The notes under the pieces were generated by a model. The model worked only from the letters and a program-made list of their open reading frames with translations, searched no databases and was not told the DNA's origin. The position numbers were made by a program, and so were the translations under genes. A stretch of 63,908 nt of DNA, the filler included, from Licmophora abbreviata (taxonomy: Eukaryota), in assembly GCA_900291995.1 (NCBI GenBank). It is 16 parts of 16 records of this genome, joined end to end, with 100 filler letters (N's around TTAATTAATTAA, not from the genome) between each part and the next. Parts side by side here need not be neighbours in the genome. Positions count along the whole stretch, not along the records: positions 24,815 to 33,416 come from OLMU01001797.1; positions 33,517 to 37,440 come from OLMU01001798.1; positions 37,541 to 43,602 come from OLMU01001799.1; 13 more parts are not named here. The stretch is one strand, 5' to 3'. Below, in pieces: positions 30,767-41,590 of the stretch (positions are counted from its first letter, which is position 1; every line of letters starts with the position of its first letter).

Positions 30767-32729
30767 ATGAGTCTTCCACCCGGTTTTCTTGATGAATTGC
30801 GCTCTAGGACGTCGCTGTCTCAGGTGGCGGGCCGCAAGGTCATTTGGGACATTCGCAAGTCCAATCAGGCCAAGGGCGACATGTGGGCGCCATGCCCGTT
30901 CCATCAGGAAAAGACCGCCAGCTTTCACGTGGATGACCGCAAGGGGTTTTATTACTGCTTCGGCTGCCACGCCAAGGGCGACGCGATCGGTTTCGTGAAG
31001 GACACCGAGAATGTCGATTTCATGGAGGCCGTGCGAATCCTCGCGGCCGAGGCGGGCATGCCGATGCCCGAACGCGACCCTCAGGCCCAGCAAAAGGCGG
31101 ATCGGCGCCAGCAGCTTGCCGAGGTCATGGAGATGGCGGTGCAGTTCTTCCGCCTGCAGCTCAAGATGGGTGCAGGCGCCGCGGCGCGCGATTACCTGGC
31201 CGGCAGAGGGCTGGCTGAGGCCGGACAGGAGCGGTTCGAAATCGGTTTCGCACCCGCCTCGTGGCAGGCGCTGCTGGAGCATCTGACGAGCAAGGGCGTG
31301 GAGGAGGAGCTGATCCTCGATTGCGGGTTGTGCCGACGCAGCACCAAGCCGGGGGGGCGGACCTATGATGCGTTCCGCAACCGGATCATGTTTCCGATCC
31401 GCGATCCGCGCGGGCGCTGCATCGCCTTCGGCGGGCGGGCGATGGACCCTGCCGATGATGCCAAATATCTGAATTCGCAGGATACGGAACTCTTCGACAA
31501 GTCGCGTGTTCTGTATCATCACGGCCCGGCCCGGGAAGCCGCGGGCAAGGGCAAGCCGCTGATCGTGGCCGAAGGCTATATGGATGTGATTGCGCTGGCG
31601 ATGGCGGGGTTCGATGCGTCGGTGGCCCCGCCTTGGCACGGCGGTGACCGAGCATCATCTGCAATTGTTGTGGCGCATCGCCGATGAGCCGATCATCGCG
31701 CTGGACGGGGACGGGGCGGGCCTGCGCGCGGCGTATCGCACGATCGATGTGGCGCTACCGCTGCTGGAGGCGGGCAAATCGCTGCGCTTTGCGCTGATGC
31801 CCGAGGGAATGGACCCCGACGATCTCTTGCGCGCCAAGGGGCCTGTGGCGGTGCAGGAGATTCTGGACCGGGCCTTGCCGATGGTGCAACTGCTCTGGCA
31901 GCGCGAGACAGAGGGCCGTGTTTTTGACAGCCCCGAGCGGCGCGCGTCGCTGGACAAGGCGCTGCGCGAGAAGATCATGCTGATCCGTGATCCTTCGATC
32001 CGGAGCCATTACGGGGAGGCGATCAAGGAATTGCGCTGGGCGCTTTTCAGCCCCCGGCGGCAGGAGGGCGGCGGCGCACGGCAGGGCTTTGGGCGGGGTG
32101 GTCGATGGCAGCCTCCGGCCAGCGCACGCCAGACCACCCGCGCCTCGCTTCTGGTGGCGGCGGGCGAGGGGGCGCATCAGCGTCTCAGGGAGGCGCTGAT
32201 CCTGGCCACGGTCATCTGCACGCCGCAGGTGTTCGACGATGTCGAGGGCCAGTTGGAGGGGATAACCTGTTCGGATCCCGAACATGAGCGGCTTCGCGGG
32301 CTGATCCTGCGCCATGCGGGGCAGGCGGGCGATGCGCTGCGCGCGCGGCTTGAGACAGAGGCCGGGGGCGATGCCCTTGAAAAGCTGTTGTCGCTTCCCC
32401 ATGTCGCGCTGGCACCGGCTGTGCGCCGTCCGGGCGATCCGGACATCGCGCGCATGACCATCGCGGAAGAATTGTCAAAGCTTGAGGCCGAGCGCGGACT
32501 CAACGCCGAAGTAAGGGAGGCCGCAGAGGACCTTGCCGGCATCGCCGACGAGGCGGTGACCTGGCGGCTGGGACAGGCCGCCGAAGAGCGACAGCGCGCC
32601 TTGCGCAGCCAGACGGAAGACACGACCGAATACGATTTAGCGGAGAACGGCGCGCGAATCAGTCGCGATGAGCGCGAAAAGTTGGAAAAGCTGCTGAATG
32701 GCATCACCTTTTCCAAACCGGCCCGTTGA
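30767..32729 (+). CDS. dnaG: DNA primase (apparent +1 frameshift at about 31631)
   Basis: Zn finger 'CPFHQEKTASF..CFGC', 'FRNRIMFPI', 'KYLNS', TOPRIM 'EGYMDVI' and 'LDGDGAG'. An extra C breaks 'APLGTA'. Confidence 0.95.
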
Positions 32730-32838
32730 TTGTGGTTTGGTGAGAAATAGGTAAAGAAGACAGGGTAAAGGGTGTGCGAATCACTAGAACACGATATTGA
32801 TTCGAATCACTCGACCGCTCACTGCTCAGGAGACTTTC

Positions 32839-34434
32839 ATGGCCGCCAAGGATAACGACGACCAGAAACCCGAGGATCAGGAGGCCGAGCATTCTCTCGA
32901 CATGAGCCAAGCGGCGGTCAAGAAAATGATCGGTGAGGCGCGCGAGAAGGGGTTCATCACCTACGATCAGCTCAACAAGGTGCTGCCGCCCGATCAGGTG
33001 TCGTCGGAGCAGATCGAGGATGTGATGTCGATGCTCAGCGAGATGGGCATCAACATCATCGAGGAAGAGGACGCCGAGGACGAAGAGCAGAAATCCACCG
33101 CCGTGGCCGAAATAGGCCGCCGGGGAGAACTGGCGCTTGGGTCCGGCAAGGACGAGAAGCTGGACCGCACCGACGATCCGGTGCGCATGTATCTGCGAGA
33201 GATGGGCAGCGTGGAGTTGCTGAGCCGCGAGGGCGAGATCGCCATCGCCAAGCGGATCGAGGCCGGGCGCAACACGATGATCGCGGGCCTGTGCGAAAGC
33301 CCGCTGACCTTTCAGGCCATCACCATCTGGCGCGACGAACTTCTGGGCGAGGATATTCTGCTCCGCGACGTCATCGATCTGGAGGCCACGTTCGGCACCC
33401 AGATGGGCGAGGATGGNNNNNNNNNNNNNNNNNNNNNNNNNNNNNNNNNNNNNNNNNNNNTTAATTAATTAANNNNNNNNNNNNNNNNNNNNNNNNNNNN
33501 NNNNNNNNNNNNNNNNGAAGCGGTGGTCGAGGCGGCCAACGTGACGACCGCGCCCGCCTCGGAGCGGCGCGACGATGGCCAGCCGGAACTGGATGCCGAC
33601 GGCAACCCGATCGCCAGTGAAGACGATGACGACGAGGACGAACAGGCCAATATGAGCCTTGCGGCGATGGAAGCTGCGCTGAAGCCTCGGGTTCTGGAAA
33701 CGCTGGACCGGATCGCCGACGATTATGAGAAATTGAGCGAGATGCAGGACAGCCGCATCTCGGCCACGCTGAACGAGGATGGATCGTTCAGCGCCAAGCA
33801 GGAACAGACATACCAGACGCTGCGCTCCGAGATCGTGCAACTGGTCAACTCGCTGCATCTGCACAACAACCGGATCGAGGCGCTGATCGATCAGCTTTAC
33901 GGGATCAACCGCCGGATCATGCAGATCGACGGCGCGATGGTGAAGCTGGCCGATCAGGCCCGCATCAACCGCCGCGAGTTCATCGATGAATACCGTGGCC
34001 GCGAGCTGGACCCCAACTGGCTGGACGACATGGCCGAGAAGGACGGGCGCGGCTGGAAGATGTTCATGGAACGCTCGTTGGACAAGGTGTCCGAGCTGCG
34101 CGCCGACATGGCGCAGGTGGGCCAGTATGTGGGCCTCGACATCAGTGAATTCCGTCGCATCGTCGCACAGGTCCAGAAGGGCGAGAAAGAAGCCCGTCTG
34201 GCCAAGAAGGAAATGGTCGAAGCCAACCTGCGGCTGGTCATCTCGATCGCCAAGAAATACACGAACCGCGGCCTGCAATTCCTTGATCTCATTCAGGAAG
34301 GCAATATCGGCCTGATGAAGGCTGTGGACAAGTTCGAGTATCGCCGGGGCTACAAGTTCTCGACCTATGCGACATGGTGGATCCGTCAGGCGATCACCCG
34401 CTCGATCGCCGATCAGGCGCGCACCATCCGTATT

Positions 34435-34472
<38 letters not shown>

Positions 34473-34920
34473 CACCGGGCGGCAGATGCTGCACGAGATC
34501 GGCCGCGAGCCGACGCCGGAAGAACTGGCCGAAAAGCTGCAGATGCCGCTGGAAAAGGTCCGCAAGGTGATGAAGATCGCCAAGGAGCCGATCAGCCTCG
34601 AGACGCCGATCGGCGACGAGGAAGACAGCCAGCTTGGCGATTTCATCGAGGACAAGAACGTTGTCCTGCCGCTGGACAGCGCCATTCAGGACAACCTGCG
34701 CGAAACCACGACGCGGGTTCTGTCGAGCCTGACGCCGCGCGAGGAACGTGTGCTGCGGATGCGGTTCGGCATCGGCATGAATACCGACCACACGCTTGAG
34801 GAAGTGGGTCAGCAGTTCAGTGTGACCCGCGAACGGATCCGGCAGATCGAGGCCAAGGCGCTGCGCAAGCTCAAGCACCCGTCGCGGTCGCGCAAGCTGC
34901 GGTCGTTCCTCGATCAGTAA
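32839..34920 (+). CDS. rpoD: RNA polymerase primary sigma factor (linker 33417-33516)
   Basis: '[12 protein letters not shown]', '[13 protein letters not shown]', '[17 protein letters not shown]' and '[17 protein letters not shown]'. Confidence 0.98.
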
Positions 34921-34938
34921 GCTGCGCCGAGGTGCATG

Positions 34939-34967
34939 AAAGGGCCGCGTTTGACGCGGCCTTTTTT
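34939..34967 (+). terminator. intrinsic terminator after rpoD
   Basis: GGCCGCGT-TTG-ACGCGGCC stem followed by TTTTTT. Confidence 0.85.
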
Positions 34968-35349
34968 CATGTCCGGCTGTGTACGACTGGTACGAAACCT
35001 ACGCGCGTTTGGGACGAAAGGGTTTTTGGCCGGTTTCGGGGCGCGGATCGGGGTTGTGGCGGAGGTGAAGGGGCGCGCGCCGGGTGGACGATTGCGCCTA
35101 GGGCGCAGGGCCTGGCCTCTGCAGCAGATCAGGCTCAAGAAAGCGTAAGCCCTGCGTACGGTGCATGATAATGAATGGGCCGCGCGGAGGTGTAAGGGCA
35201 TCGAAAGGATTGGCCGGGTGCGCCGCGCGCGTGGTATGCGGGACCGCAGATCTTGGTAAAGGACCCCGCAGGCGCGGCAGGGTCCGACGCCAGTACAACG
35301 GGTCAATGCTGGTCCCGCGAGACGCAAGACTGGATAGGGTGTTGAGCCG

Positions 35350-35772
35350 ATGCAGACCACATTCACCATCGAAACCAATGGTCAGGGGCTGTACGAGTTC
35401 ACCCTGCAGGTGACCGCATGGGTCGCCGGATCGGGTGTGGGCGACGGGCTTTTGACGCTGTTCATCCGCCACACATCGGCGAGCCTGTTGATACAGGAAA
35501 ACGCCGATCCGGATGTGCAGGGCGATCTGCGGGCCTATTTCGCGCGGCTGGTGCCGAAGGCAAATGATCCGGCGATGGCCTATCTGCGCCATACCACCGA
35601 AGGCCCCGATGACATGCCGGCCCATATCAAGGCGGCGATGATGCCTGTCAGCCTGTCGATCCCGGTCAGGGCCGGGCATCCGGTGCTGGGCACATGGCAG
35701 GGGATTTACGTCTTCGAGCATCGCGATGCGCCGCACCGGCGTGCGGTTGCGGCGCATCTGATGGCGGATTGA
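35350..35772 (+). CDS. yjbQ: YjbQ/UPF0047 family protein
   Basis: 'HTSASLLIQENADPDV', 'EGPDDMPAHIK' and 'LGTWQGIYVFEHR'. Confidence 0.93.
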   Translation: MQTTFTIETNGQGLYEFTLQVTAWVAGSGVGDGLLTLFIRHTSASLLIQENADPDVQGDLRAYFARLVPKANDPAMAYLRHTTEGPDDMPAHIKAAMMPVSLSIPVRAGHPVLGTWQGIYVFEHRDAPHRRAVAAHLMAD

Positions 35773-35788
35773 GCGCGCCTGCGACGGC

Positions 35789-36466
35789 TCAGCCTGTCGG
35801 CATGAGGAAGATCTCGCGCAGGTCGGCGCGGCGCGGCTGTTCGAGCGCATGCACGACCGAGGCCGCGACATCCTCGGGCTGCAGCTTGTCGGGTTTGGGT
35901 TCGTCGAAAAACGGCGTGTCGACCATGCCGGGCGCGATCACCGTGCAGCGCCCGCCCCAGTCACGCATCGCCTCGGACATGTTGCCCGCCAACCCGTGCA
36001 CGAACCATTTCGACGCGCCGTAGATGGAGCCGGGGATGTGGCGCTTGCCGGCGGCCGAGCCTGTGAGGATCAGGTGGCCGCGGCTGGCCTTGAGCGCGGC
36101 ATGGGCGGCCTTGATGGTCCACAGAAGGCCCATGACGTTGACCTCCATCATGGCGCGCCATTCGTCGGGGTCGCCCTGGTCTATGCCGGGGACAGACAGC
36201 CCGGTGCCGGCATTGGCAAAGACCGCGTCGATCCCCTGAAAATGCGTGGCGGCGCGCTCGATCGCGGCGGTGATGTCGTCGAGGCGGGTGACATCGCCGG
36301 GCAGGGCCAGCGCGTGGTCGGGGCCGATCTCGTCTGCGAGGGCGTCGAGTTTTTCGCGGTTGCGCGCGAAAAGCGCCACGTTCCAGCCCGCATGGGCCGC
36401 GGCGCGGGCGGTGGCGGCGCCGATGCCCGAGGAGGCGCCGGTGATGAAAAGGGTCTTGGCAGTCAT
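35789..36466 (-). CDS. short-chain dehydrogenase/reductase
   Basis: 'ITGASSGIG', 'ANAG', 'YGASK' and 'PGMVDT'. Confidence 0.93.
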   Translation of the reverse strand: MTAKTLFITGASSGIGAATARAAAHAGWNVALFARNREKLDALADEIGPDHALALPGDVTRLDDITAAIERAATHFQGIDAVFANAGTGLSVPGIDQGDPDEWRAMMEVNVMGLLWTIKAAHAALKASRGHLILTGSAAGKRHIPGSIYGASKWFVHGLAGNMSEAMRDWGGRCTVIAPGMVDTPFFDEPKPDKLQPEDVAASVVHALEQPRRADLREIFLMPTG

Positions 36467-36662
36467 GGCCTGTCCTTTCGTTGATCCTTGTGTCTGCCTG
36501 ACAGGTAGGTGCCCGGTCGCGTCGGTCAAAGGGGGGGCTTGGGCCTTTATCTAGGGGTGTCATTTCCCCCCTACCCAAAACCTTGCGGCTCTCCTATAGT
36601 GGCTGTGGATAAATGGGCCTCAGACCCATGACCAAGAGGCGGACAAGAAAGGGGAACGGCCG

Positions 36663-37148
36663 ATGCGCTGCCCGTTTTGTGGAAATATCGACACTCAGGT
36701 AAAGGATTCACGGCCCGCGGAGGATCATGTTTCGATCCGGCGGCGCCGGTTCTGCCCGGCTTGCGGCGGGCGGTTTACCACCTATGAGCGCGTGCAATTG
36801 CGCGATCTGGTGGTGGTCAAGACCAACGGGCGGCGCGAGGATTTCGACCGCGACAAGCTGGAACGTTCGATCCGGATCGCGTTGCAGAAGCGGCCTGTGG
36901 ATCCTGAGCGCATCGAGCAGATGATCTCGGGGATCGTGCGCCGGCTGGAAAGCATGGGCGAGACGGATATCCCGTCGAAAACCGTGGGCGAGATCGTGAT
37001 GGAAAGCCTCGCGCGGATCGACACGGTGGCCTATGTGCGCTTTGCCAGCGTCTACAAGAACTTCCAGGCGGCCGATGATTTCGACAAGTTCGTGAGCGAA
37101 CTGCGCCCCGACGAGGCGATCGCCGAAGCCAAGCAACCGGACGAGTGA
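36663..37148 (+). CDS. nrdR: transcriptional repressor NrdR
   Basis: 'MRCPFC', '[15 protein letters not shown]', ATP cone and '[10 protein letters not shown]'. Confidence 0.97.
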   Translation: MRCPFCGNIDTQVKDSRPAEDHVSIRRRRFCPACGGRFTTYERVQLRDLVVVKTNGRREDFDRDKLERSIRIALQKRPVDPERIEQMISGIVRRLESMGETDIPSKTVGEIVMESLARIDTVAYVRFASVYKNFQAADDFDKFVSELRPDEAIAEAKQPDE

Positions 37149-38307
37149 GCCGCGACGACGCCCGCTTCATGGCCCTCGCCCTGTCGCTGGGGCGGCGTGG
37201 CCAGGGCCGGTGCTGGCCCAACCCTGCGGTGGGCTGTGTCGTGGTGCGCGAGGGGCGCGTGGTGGGGCGCGGATGGACCGGCGTCGGCGGTCGGCCCCAT
37301 GCCGAGCCGCAGGCCTTGGCGCGCGCCGGAGCGGCGGCGCGGGGCGCCACGGTCTATGTCAGCCTCGAGCCTTGCGCCCATCACGGCCGCACCCCGCCCT
37401 GCACCGAGGCGCTCATTGCGGCGGGTGTGGCGCGGGTGGTNNNNNNNNNNNNNNNNNNNNNNNNNNNNNNNNNNNNNNNNNNNNTTAATTAATTAANNNN
37501 NNNNNNNNNNNNNNNNNNNNNNNNNNNNNNNNNNNNNNNNGCAAGGGGTTCGCGCGGCTGCGCGGCGCCGGGATCGAGGTCACGACCGGGGTTCTGGCCG
37601 AAGAGGCGATGCGCGACCTGGGCGGTTTCCTGCGCCGGGCAGGCGGCGGACGTCCGCATCTGACGCTGAAACTGGCCACCTCGCTTGATGGGCGGATCGC
37701 CACGGCCTCGGGACACAGCCAATGGATCACCGGGCGGCAAGCGCGCCATGCCGTGCATGCGATGCGCGCGCGCCATGACGCGGTGATGGTCGGGGCGGGC
37801 ACGGCGCGCGCCGATGATCCGATGCTGACGGTGCGTGGCCAGGGCGATGTCCCGCGCCAACCGGTGCGGATCGTCGTCTCGCGCAGGCTCGACCTGCCGC
37901 TGATGTCGCAACTGGCGCAAACCGCGCGCGAGGTGCCCTTGTGGCTGTGCCACGGCCCGGACCCGGACGCGGCCTTGGCCGAGGCCTGGGACGGGATCGG
38001 CGCCGAGCGGATCGCCTGCGATCTGACGGGCCGGCAACTCGACATGGAGGCGGTGTTGCTCGCACTTGGCCAAAAGGGCCTCACGCGGATTTTCTGCGAA
38101 GGCGGCGGCAGCCTCGCCGCGTCGCTTCTCGGGGCGGGGCTGGTGGATGAGCTGGTGCTGTTTTCCGCCGGTCTGATGATCGGCGCCGAAGGCCTGCCGG
38201 CCCTGGGGGCGATGGGGCTCGATCGTCTCGACGGCGCCGAGCGCTTCCGGCTGCAGGAGCTGCGGGCCTTGGGCAATGATGCGATGAGCCGCTGGATCGC
38301 GTCCTGA
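37145..38307 (+). CDS. ribD: riboflavin biosynthesis deaminase/reductase (linker 37441-37540)
   Basis: 'PNPAVGCV', 'HAE', 'LEPCAH.GRTPPC', 'KLATSLDG', 'DDPMLT' and 'EGGG'. Confidence 0.95.
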
Positions 38308-38319
38308 AACGGATCTTTT

Positions 38320-38442
38320 GGGGGCTCTGCCCCCGACATTGAAATCCTGAAGGATTTCAACGCCTCCCCCGGGATATTTATAGCCAGAAGAACGCCGCGC
38401 CGCCCCCCGTTTCTTCTGGCTTCAAATATCCCCGCCGGAGGC
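38320..38442. repeat. composite palindromic (REP/MITE-like) intergenic element
   Basis: GGGGCTCTGCCCC hairpin, palindrome TTGAAATCCTGAAGGATTTCAA (38339-38360), and long imperfect inverted repeat GGGATATTT..AGCCAGAAGAA / TTCTTCTGGCT..AAATATCCC (38371-38432). Confidence 0.8.
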
Positions 38443-38514
38443 TCCCGTCTTCCGAGCTCGCCGCATCGGCCGATCTGTGCTCATCGGGATGACCCAAGGC
38501 CCGCTCGGGGCGGG

Positions 38515-39330
38515 TCACCGGGGATCGGCGGCAGCCGGATCGGCTTTGAGCCGTGCCGCTTTGATCCCGTAGAGGCGTTGCGCCGCGCGGTGATCGGACA
38601 GGGCGCCCAAATGCGGCGCATGGGCCCAGACCCGAGCATAATCGGTGCGCGTTTCGTGTTGGGTATGGGGCCAGTCGCTGCCCCAGACCACATGATCGGC
38701 ATCGAGCATCTCGAGCAGGTCCCGGGCATGAGGGGCCACGTCGAAAGGGACCCGGTAATGCGCGGAGAACTTGAAAAAGAGCGCCTGTCGATCCTGCAGC
38801 TGCCTGACCGCGCGCAGCATCGGATCGGCCTTGGGGGCGGGGTCGGAGGGCAGGCCGAAATGATCGATCACCACATTGATCCCGAGGTCGGTCAGCGCCG
38901 GCAGAAGCGGAGCGAGGCGGGGGCCTTCGAGATGTATCTCGAGATGCATGCCGCGCGCGCGCAGCCTGTGCAGGAAGGCCCGTGTTGCAGGCGCGCCGAA
39001 ATCGGGAATGTCCGCGCCGCGCACGAGGTTCCAGCGGATGCCGCGGATCCCGCACGCGGCGAGCCGGTCGAAGGCCGCGTCGCCTGCGTCGAGCGGCAAG
39101 ACGCCGACGCCCGCAAACCGTGCGGGATCGAGCTGTGAAAGCGCGGCACAGAGCTGGGAATTGTCGGCCCCCAGAAAACTGACCTGAACGATCACGCCGC
39201 CCGAGATGCCGCGCTGTTCCAGTTGGGCCAGCCAGTCGCGCAACGGCGCGGGGCGCGCCGGCACATAGCGCGCGCCGTCCACCGCAGCCAGCGTTTCGTA
39301 GACATGCGCGTGACAGTCGAACCGGATCAT
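38515..39330 (-). CDS. amidohydrolase_2 family protein (LigI/PDC-lactonase-like)
   Basis: 'DCHAHV', 'VQVSFLGADN', 'GIRWN', 'VIDHFG' and 'WGSDWPH'. Confidence 0.87.
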   Translation of the reverse strand: MIRFDCHAHVYETLAAVDGARYVPARPAPLRDWLAQLEQRGISGGVIVQVSFLGADNSQLCAALSQLDPARFAGVGVLPLDAGDAAFDRLAACGIRGIRWNLVRGADIPDFGAPATRAFLHRLRARGMHLEIHLEGPRLAPLLPALTDLGINVVIDHFGLPSDPAPKADPMLRAVRQLQDRQALFFKFSAHYRVPFDVAPHARDLLEMLDADHVVWGSDWPHTQHETRTDYARVWAHAPHLGALSDHRAAQRLYGIKAARLKADPAAADPR

Positions 39331-39413
39331 CAGGGGCCTCCTCAATACATATATATGACTAGTTGACTATAGGGGTCAAGATGGACTAAACCCGTCGCCA
39401 GGAGGAGAACGGG

Positions 39414-40142
39414 ATGAATCGACTCAAGGCAATCGATGCAAGGCTTCCGGCCTATGTCCGGCTGCGGGACACGCTGACGGCGCGGATCGCCGAGGGCGAG
39501 TGGACCCCCGATCAGCCGATCCCGTCCGAGGCGCGGCTTGCCAAGGAATTCGACGTCTCCATCGGGACCGTCCGCAAGGCGGTGGATGGGCTGGTGGAGG
39601 AGGGGCTTCTGGAGCGTCGCCAGGGGTCCGGGACACGCGTGCGCGCGCCGTCCTTCAATGCGACCCTGTTCCGCTTCTTTCCGATCCGCGAAAAGGATGG
39701 CGCGCCCCTGTCGATCCCGTCGAGCCGTATTCTGTTGCGCAGCATCACCGTGGCGCCGGACGAGGCGGCCCGGGTGCTGGGAACCCGGGAGGTCATCAAG
39801 ATCGTGCGGTTGCGCAGCCTGTCGGACCAGCCGGTTCTGTTCGAGGAAATATACATCCCCGCCCGGCGCTTCGCGGGATTCGAGACCTTGCCGGAGGCCG
39901 CTCTGGGGCCGCTGCTCTATCCGCTTTATTTCGAGCATTTCGGAATAATGGTGAAACACGCGACGGACGAGGTGTCCTTCGGCCGGGCGTCGGAGCGGGT
40001 GGCGCAGCACCTGCGGATCAAGCCCGGCGATCCGCTTGCGGTGATCGAGCGTACGGCTTTCGACATCGAGAACACCCCGATCGAATGGCGCATTGCAAGC
40101 GGCAGCGCCACCGAGTTCCGCTATCGCAGCGAAATCAACTGA
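39414..40142 (+). CDS. GntR/HutC family regulator (UTRA domain)
   Basis: 'IPSEARLAKEFDVSIGTVRKAVDGLVEEGLLERRQGSGT'; UTRA 'IVRLRS..QPVLFE'. Confidence 0.93.
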   Translation: MNRLKAIDARLPAYVRLRDTLTARIAEGEWTPDQPIPSEARLAKEFDVSIGTVRKAVDGLVEEGLLERRQGSGTRVRAPSFNATLFRFFPIREKDGAPLSIPSSRILLRSITVAPDEAARVLGTREVIKIVRLRSLSDQPVLFEEIYIPARRFAGFETLPEAALGPLLYPLYFEHFGIMVKHATDEVSFGRASERVAQHLRIKPGDPLAVIERTAFDIENTPIEWRIASGSATEFRYRSEIN

Positions 40143-40185
40143 CCCACACAACTGACCCACATATATGCATCAAGGGAGAGAGACG

Positions 40186-41136
40186 ATGACACTCAAGGCA
40201 GCCTGTATTGGCCTGACGGCCGCCGCGGCACTGGCGACGCCGGTTCTGGCGGAATATCCCGAGCGCACCATCGAGATGACCATTCCGGCCGGAGCCGGCG
40301 GTGGCACGGATACCAGCGCACGCAAGCTTGCGATCCTGCTGGAGGAAAAGCTGGGCACCTCGATCGCGATCCTGAACGTGGGCGGCGGCGGAGGCTCTGT
40401 GGGCGCGTCGCAATTCATGCAGGCCAAGCCCGATGGCTATGCGCTTTTCGCGACATGGAACAGCCCGCTGACAACCGTCCCGCAGGTTCAGAATGTCGCC
40501 TATTCGCTGGACAGTTTCACGCCGATCGCCTCGACCTCGGAGACCGCCTATACGCTTTGCGTGAAGGCCGATTTCCCGGCGACGACCGGCGAGGAGTTCC
40601 TGACGGAACTGGCGGCCAATCCGGGCAAGTATACCTATGGCAATGATGGTATCGGCGGCACCATGCAGCTTGCCGCCGAGCGGATCTTCCAGACAAGGCA
40701 GATCGAGGCGGTGGCCATCCCCTTTGGCGGGGCGGGCGAGACGCTGCAGAATTTCCTCGGCGGTCACGTGGATATCTATGGCGGCTCGATCTCGACCGTG
40801 TTGCCTTATGTCGAGAGCGGAGAGGCGAAATGCCCGCTGGTGACCTCGGCGGCGGATGTGCCTGCGCTGCCGGGCGCATCGGGGCTGGAGGCGCTTGGCA
40901 TGGCCGACAAAGAGACTCTGCTGTGGCGCGCCATTCTGGGTCCGAAGGGGCTTGATCCGCAGATCGTGAGCCTTTTGGCGGATACGATCGAGGAAGCGGT
41001 CAACGATCCGGGCTATGTGGAGTTCCTGAAGACCAAGGGCGAGGTGCCCAATGTGGTCAGGGGAGAGGCGTTGGGCGCCCGGCTGCAGGCAGAGTTCGAC
41101 GCGCTGGCGGCCGTGTCCAAGGCGCTTGGCCTCTGA
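40186..41136 (+). CDS. tctC: tripartite tricarboxylate transporter substrate-binding protein (TctC/Bug)
   Basis: Signal peptide; 'YPERTI....AGGGTD..AR', 'KPDGY' and 'LGGHVD'. Confidence 0.9.
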   Translation: MTLKAACIGLTAAAALATPVLAEYPERTIEMTIPAGAGGGTDTSARKLAILLEEKLGTSIAILNVGGGGGSVGASQFMQAKPDGYALFATWNSPLTTVPQVQNVAYSLDSFTPIASTSETAYTLCVKADFPATTGEEFLTELAANPGKYTYGNDGIGGTMQLAAERIFQTRQIEAVAIPFGGAGETLQNFLGGHVDIYGGSISTVLPYVESGEAKCPLVTSAADVPALPGASGLEALGMADKETLLWRAILGPKGLDPQIVSLLADTIEEAVNDPGYVEFLKTKGEVPNVVRGEALGARLQAEFDALAAVSKALGL

Positions 41137-41139
41137 GGG

Positions 41140-41589
41140 ATGGAGGCGCGTCAGGATATCGTGCTGGGGCTGGCTCTGGCGGGCCTCGGCCTTGCCACGG
41201 CCTGGATGGCGCGGGGCTATGCCGGGGCCAGCGGCACCTAGCCAATGGTGCTGGGCCTGATCCTGACGCTTCTTGGAGGGACCGTGGCGGTGAGGGCCGC
41301 CCGGTCAGGCAGCCAAAGCGCGCGGGCGCTGGTGGAGGCGCCGGGCAAGCTGCTGGTGGCGGTGGGGATCGCGACGCTCTATGTGGCGGCGGTCGTGCCC
41401 TTGGGGTTCTACACCGCGTCCTTTCTGCTGATGCTGGCGATGCCTTTCGGGCTTGGATTGCGGCGCCCTGTCCAGGCGGGGGTGGTGGCGGCGATCTTCA
41501 TGGTGTCTGTCTATCTCGTGTTCACCGTGCTGCTGGAGAAACCGCTGCCTCGCGAGGCGATCCTGTCCATTCTCGGACGTTCGGGCTGA
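41140..41589 (+). pseudogene. tctB: TctB small membrane subunit with in-frame TAG at 41239-41241
   Basis: ATG 41140 reads MEARQDIVLGLALAGLGLATAWMARGYAGASGT*PMVLG in frame with the 41245 ORF; 'LGFYTAS' and 'VYLVF..LL...LP'. Confidence 0.75.
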
Positions 41590-41590
41590 C

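Noticed and set aside
31620..31640. Frameshift in dnaG, and similar ones in recJ (~16800), the 24141 gene (~24492) and bchN (~63815, ~62790)
   Set aside because: Single-base indels, mostly in short G/C runs, including one in an essential gene. Sequencing error is far more likely than pseudogenes or programmed frameshifting.
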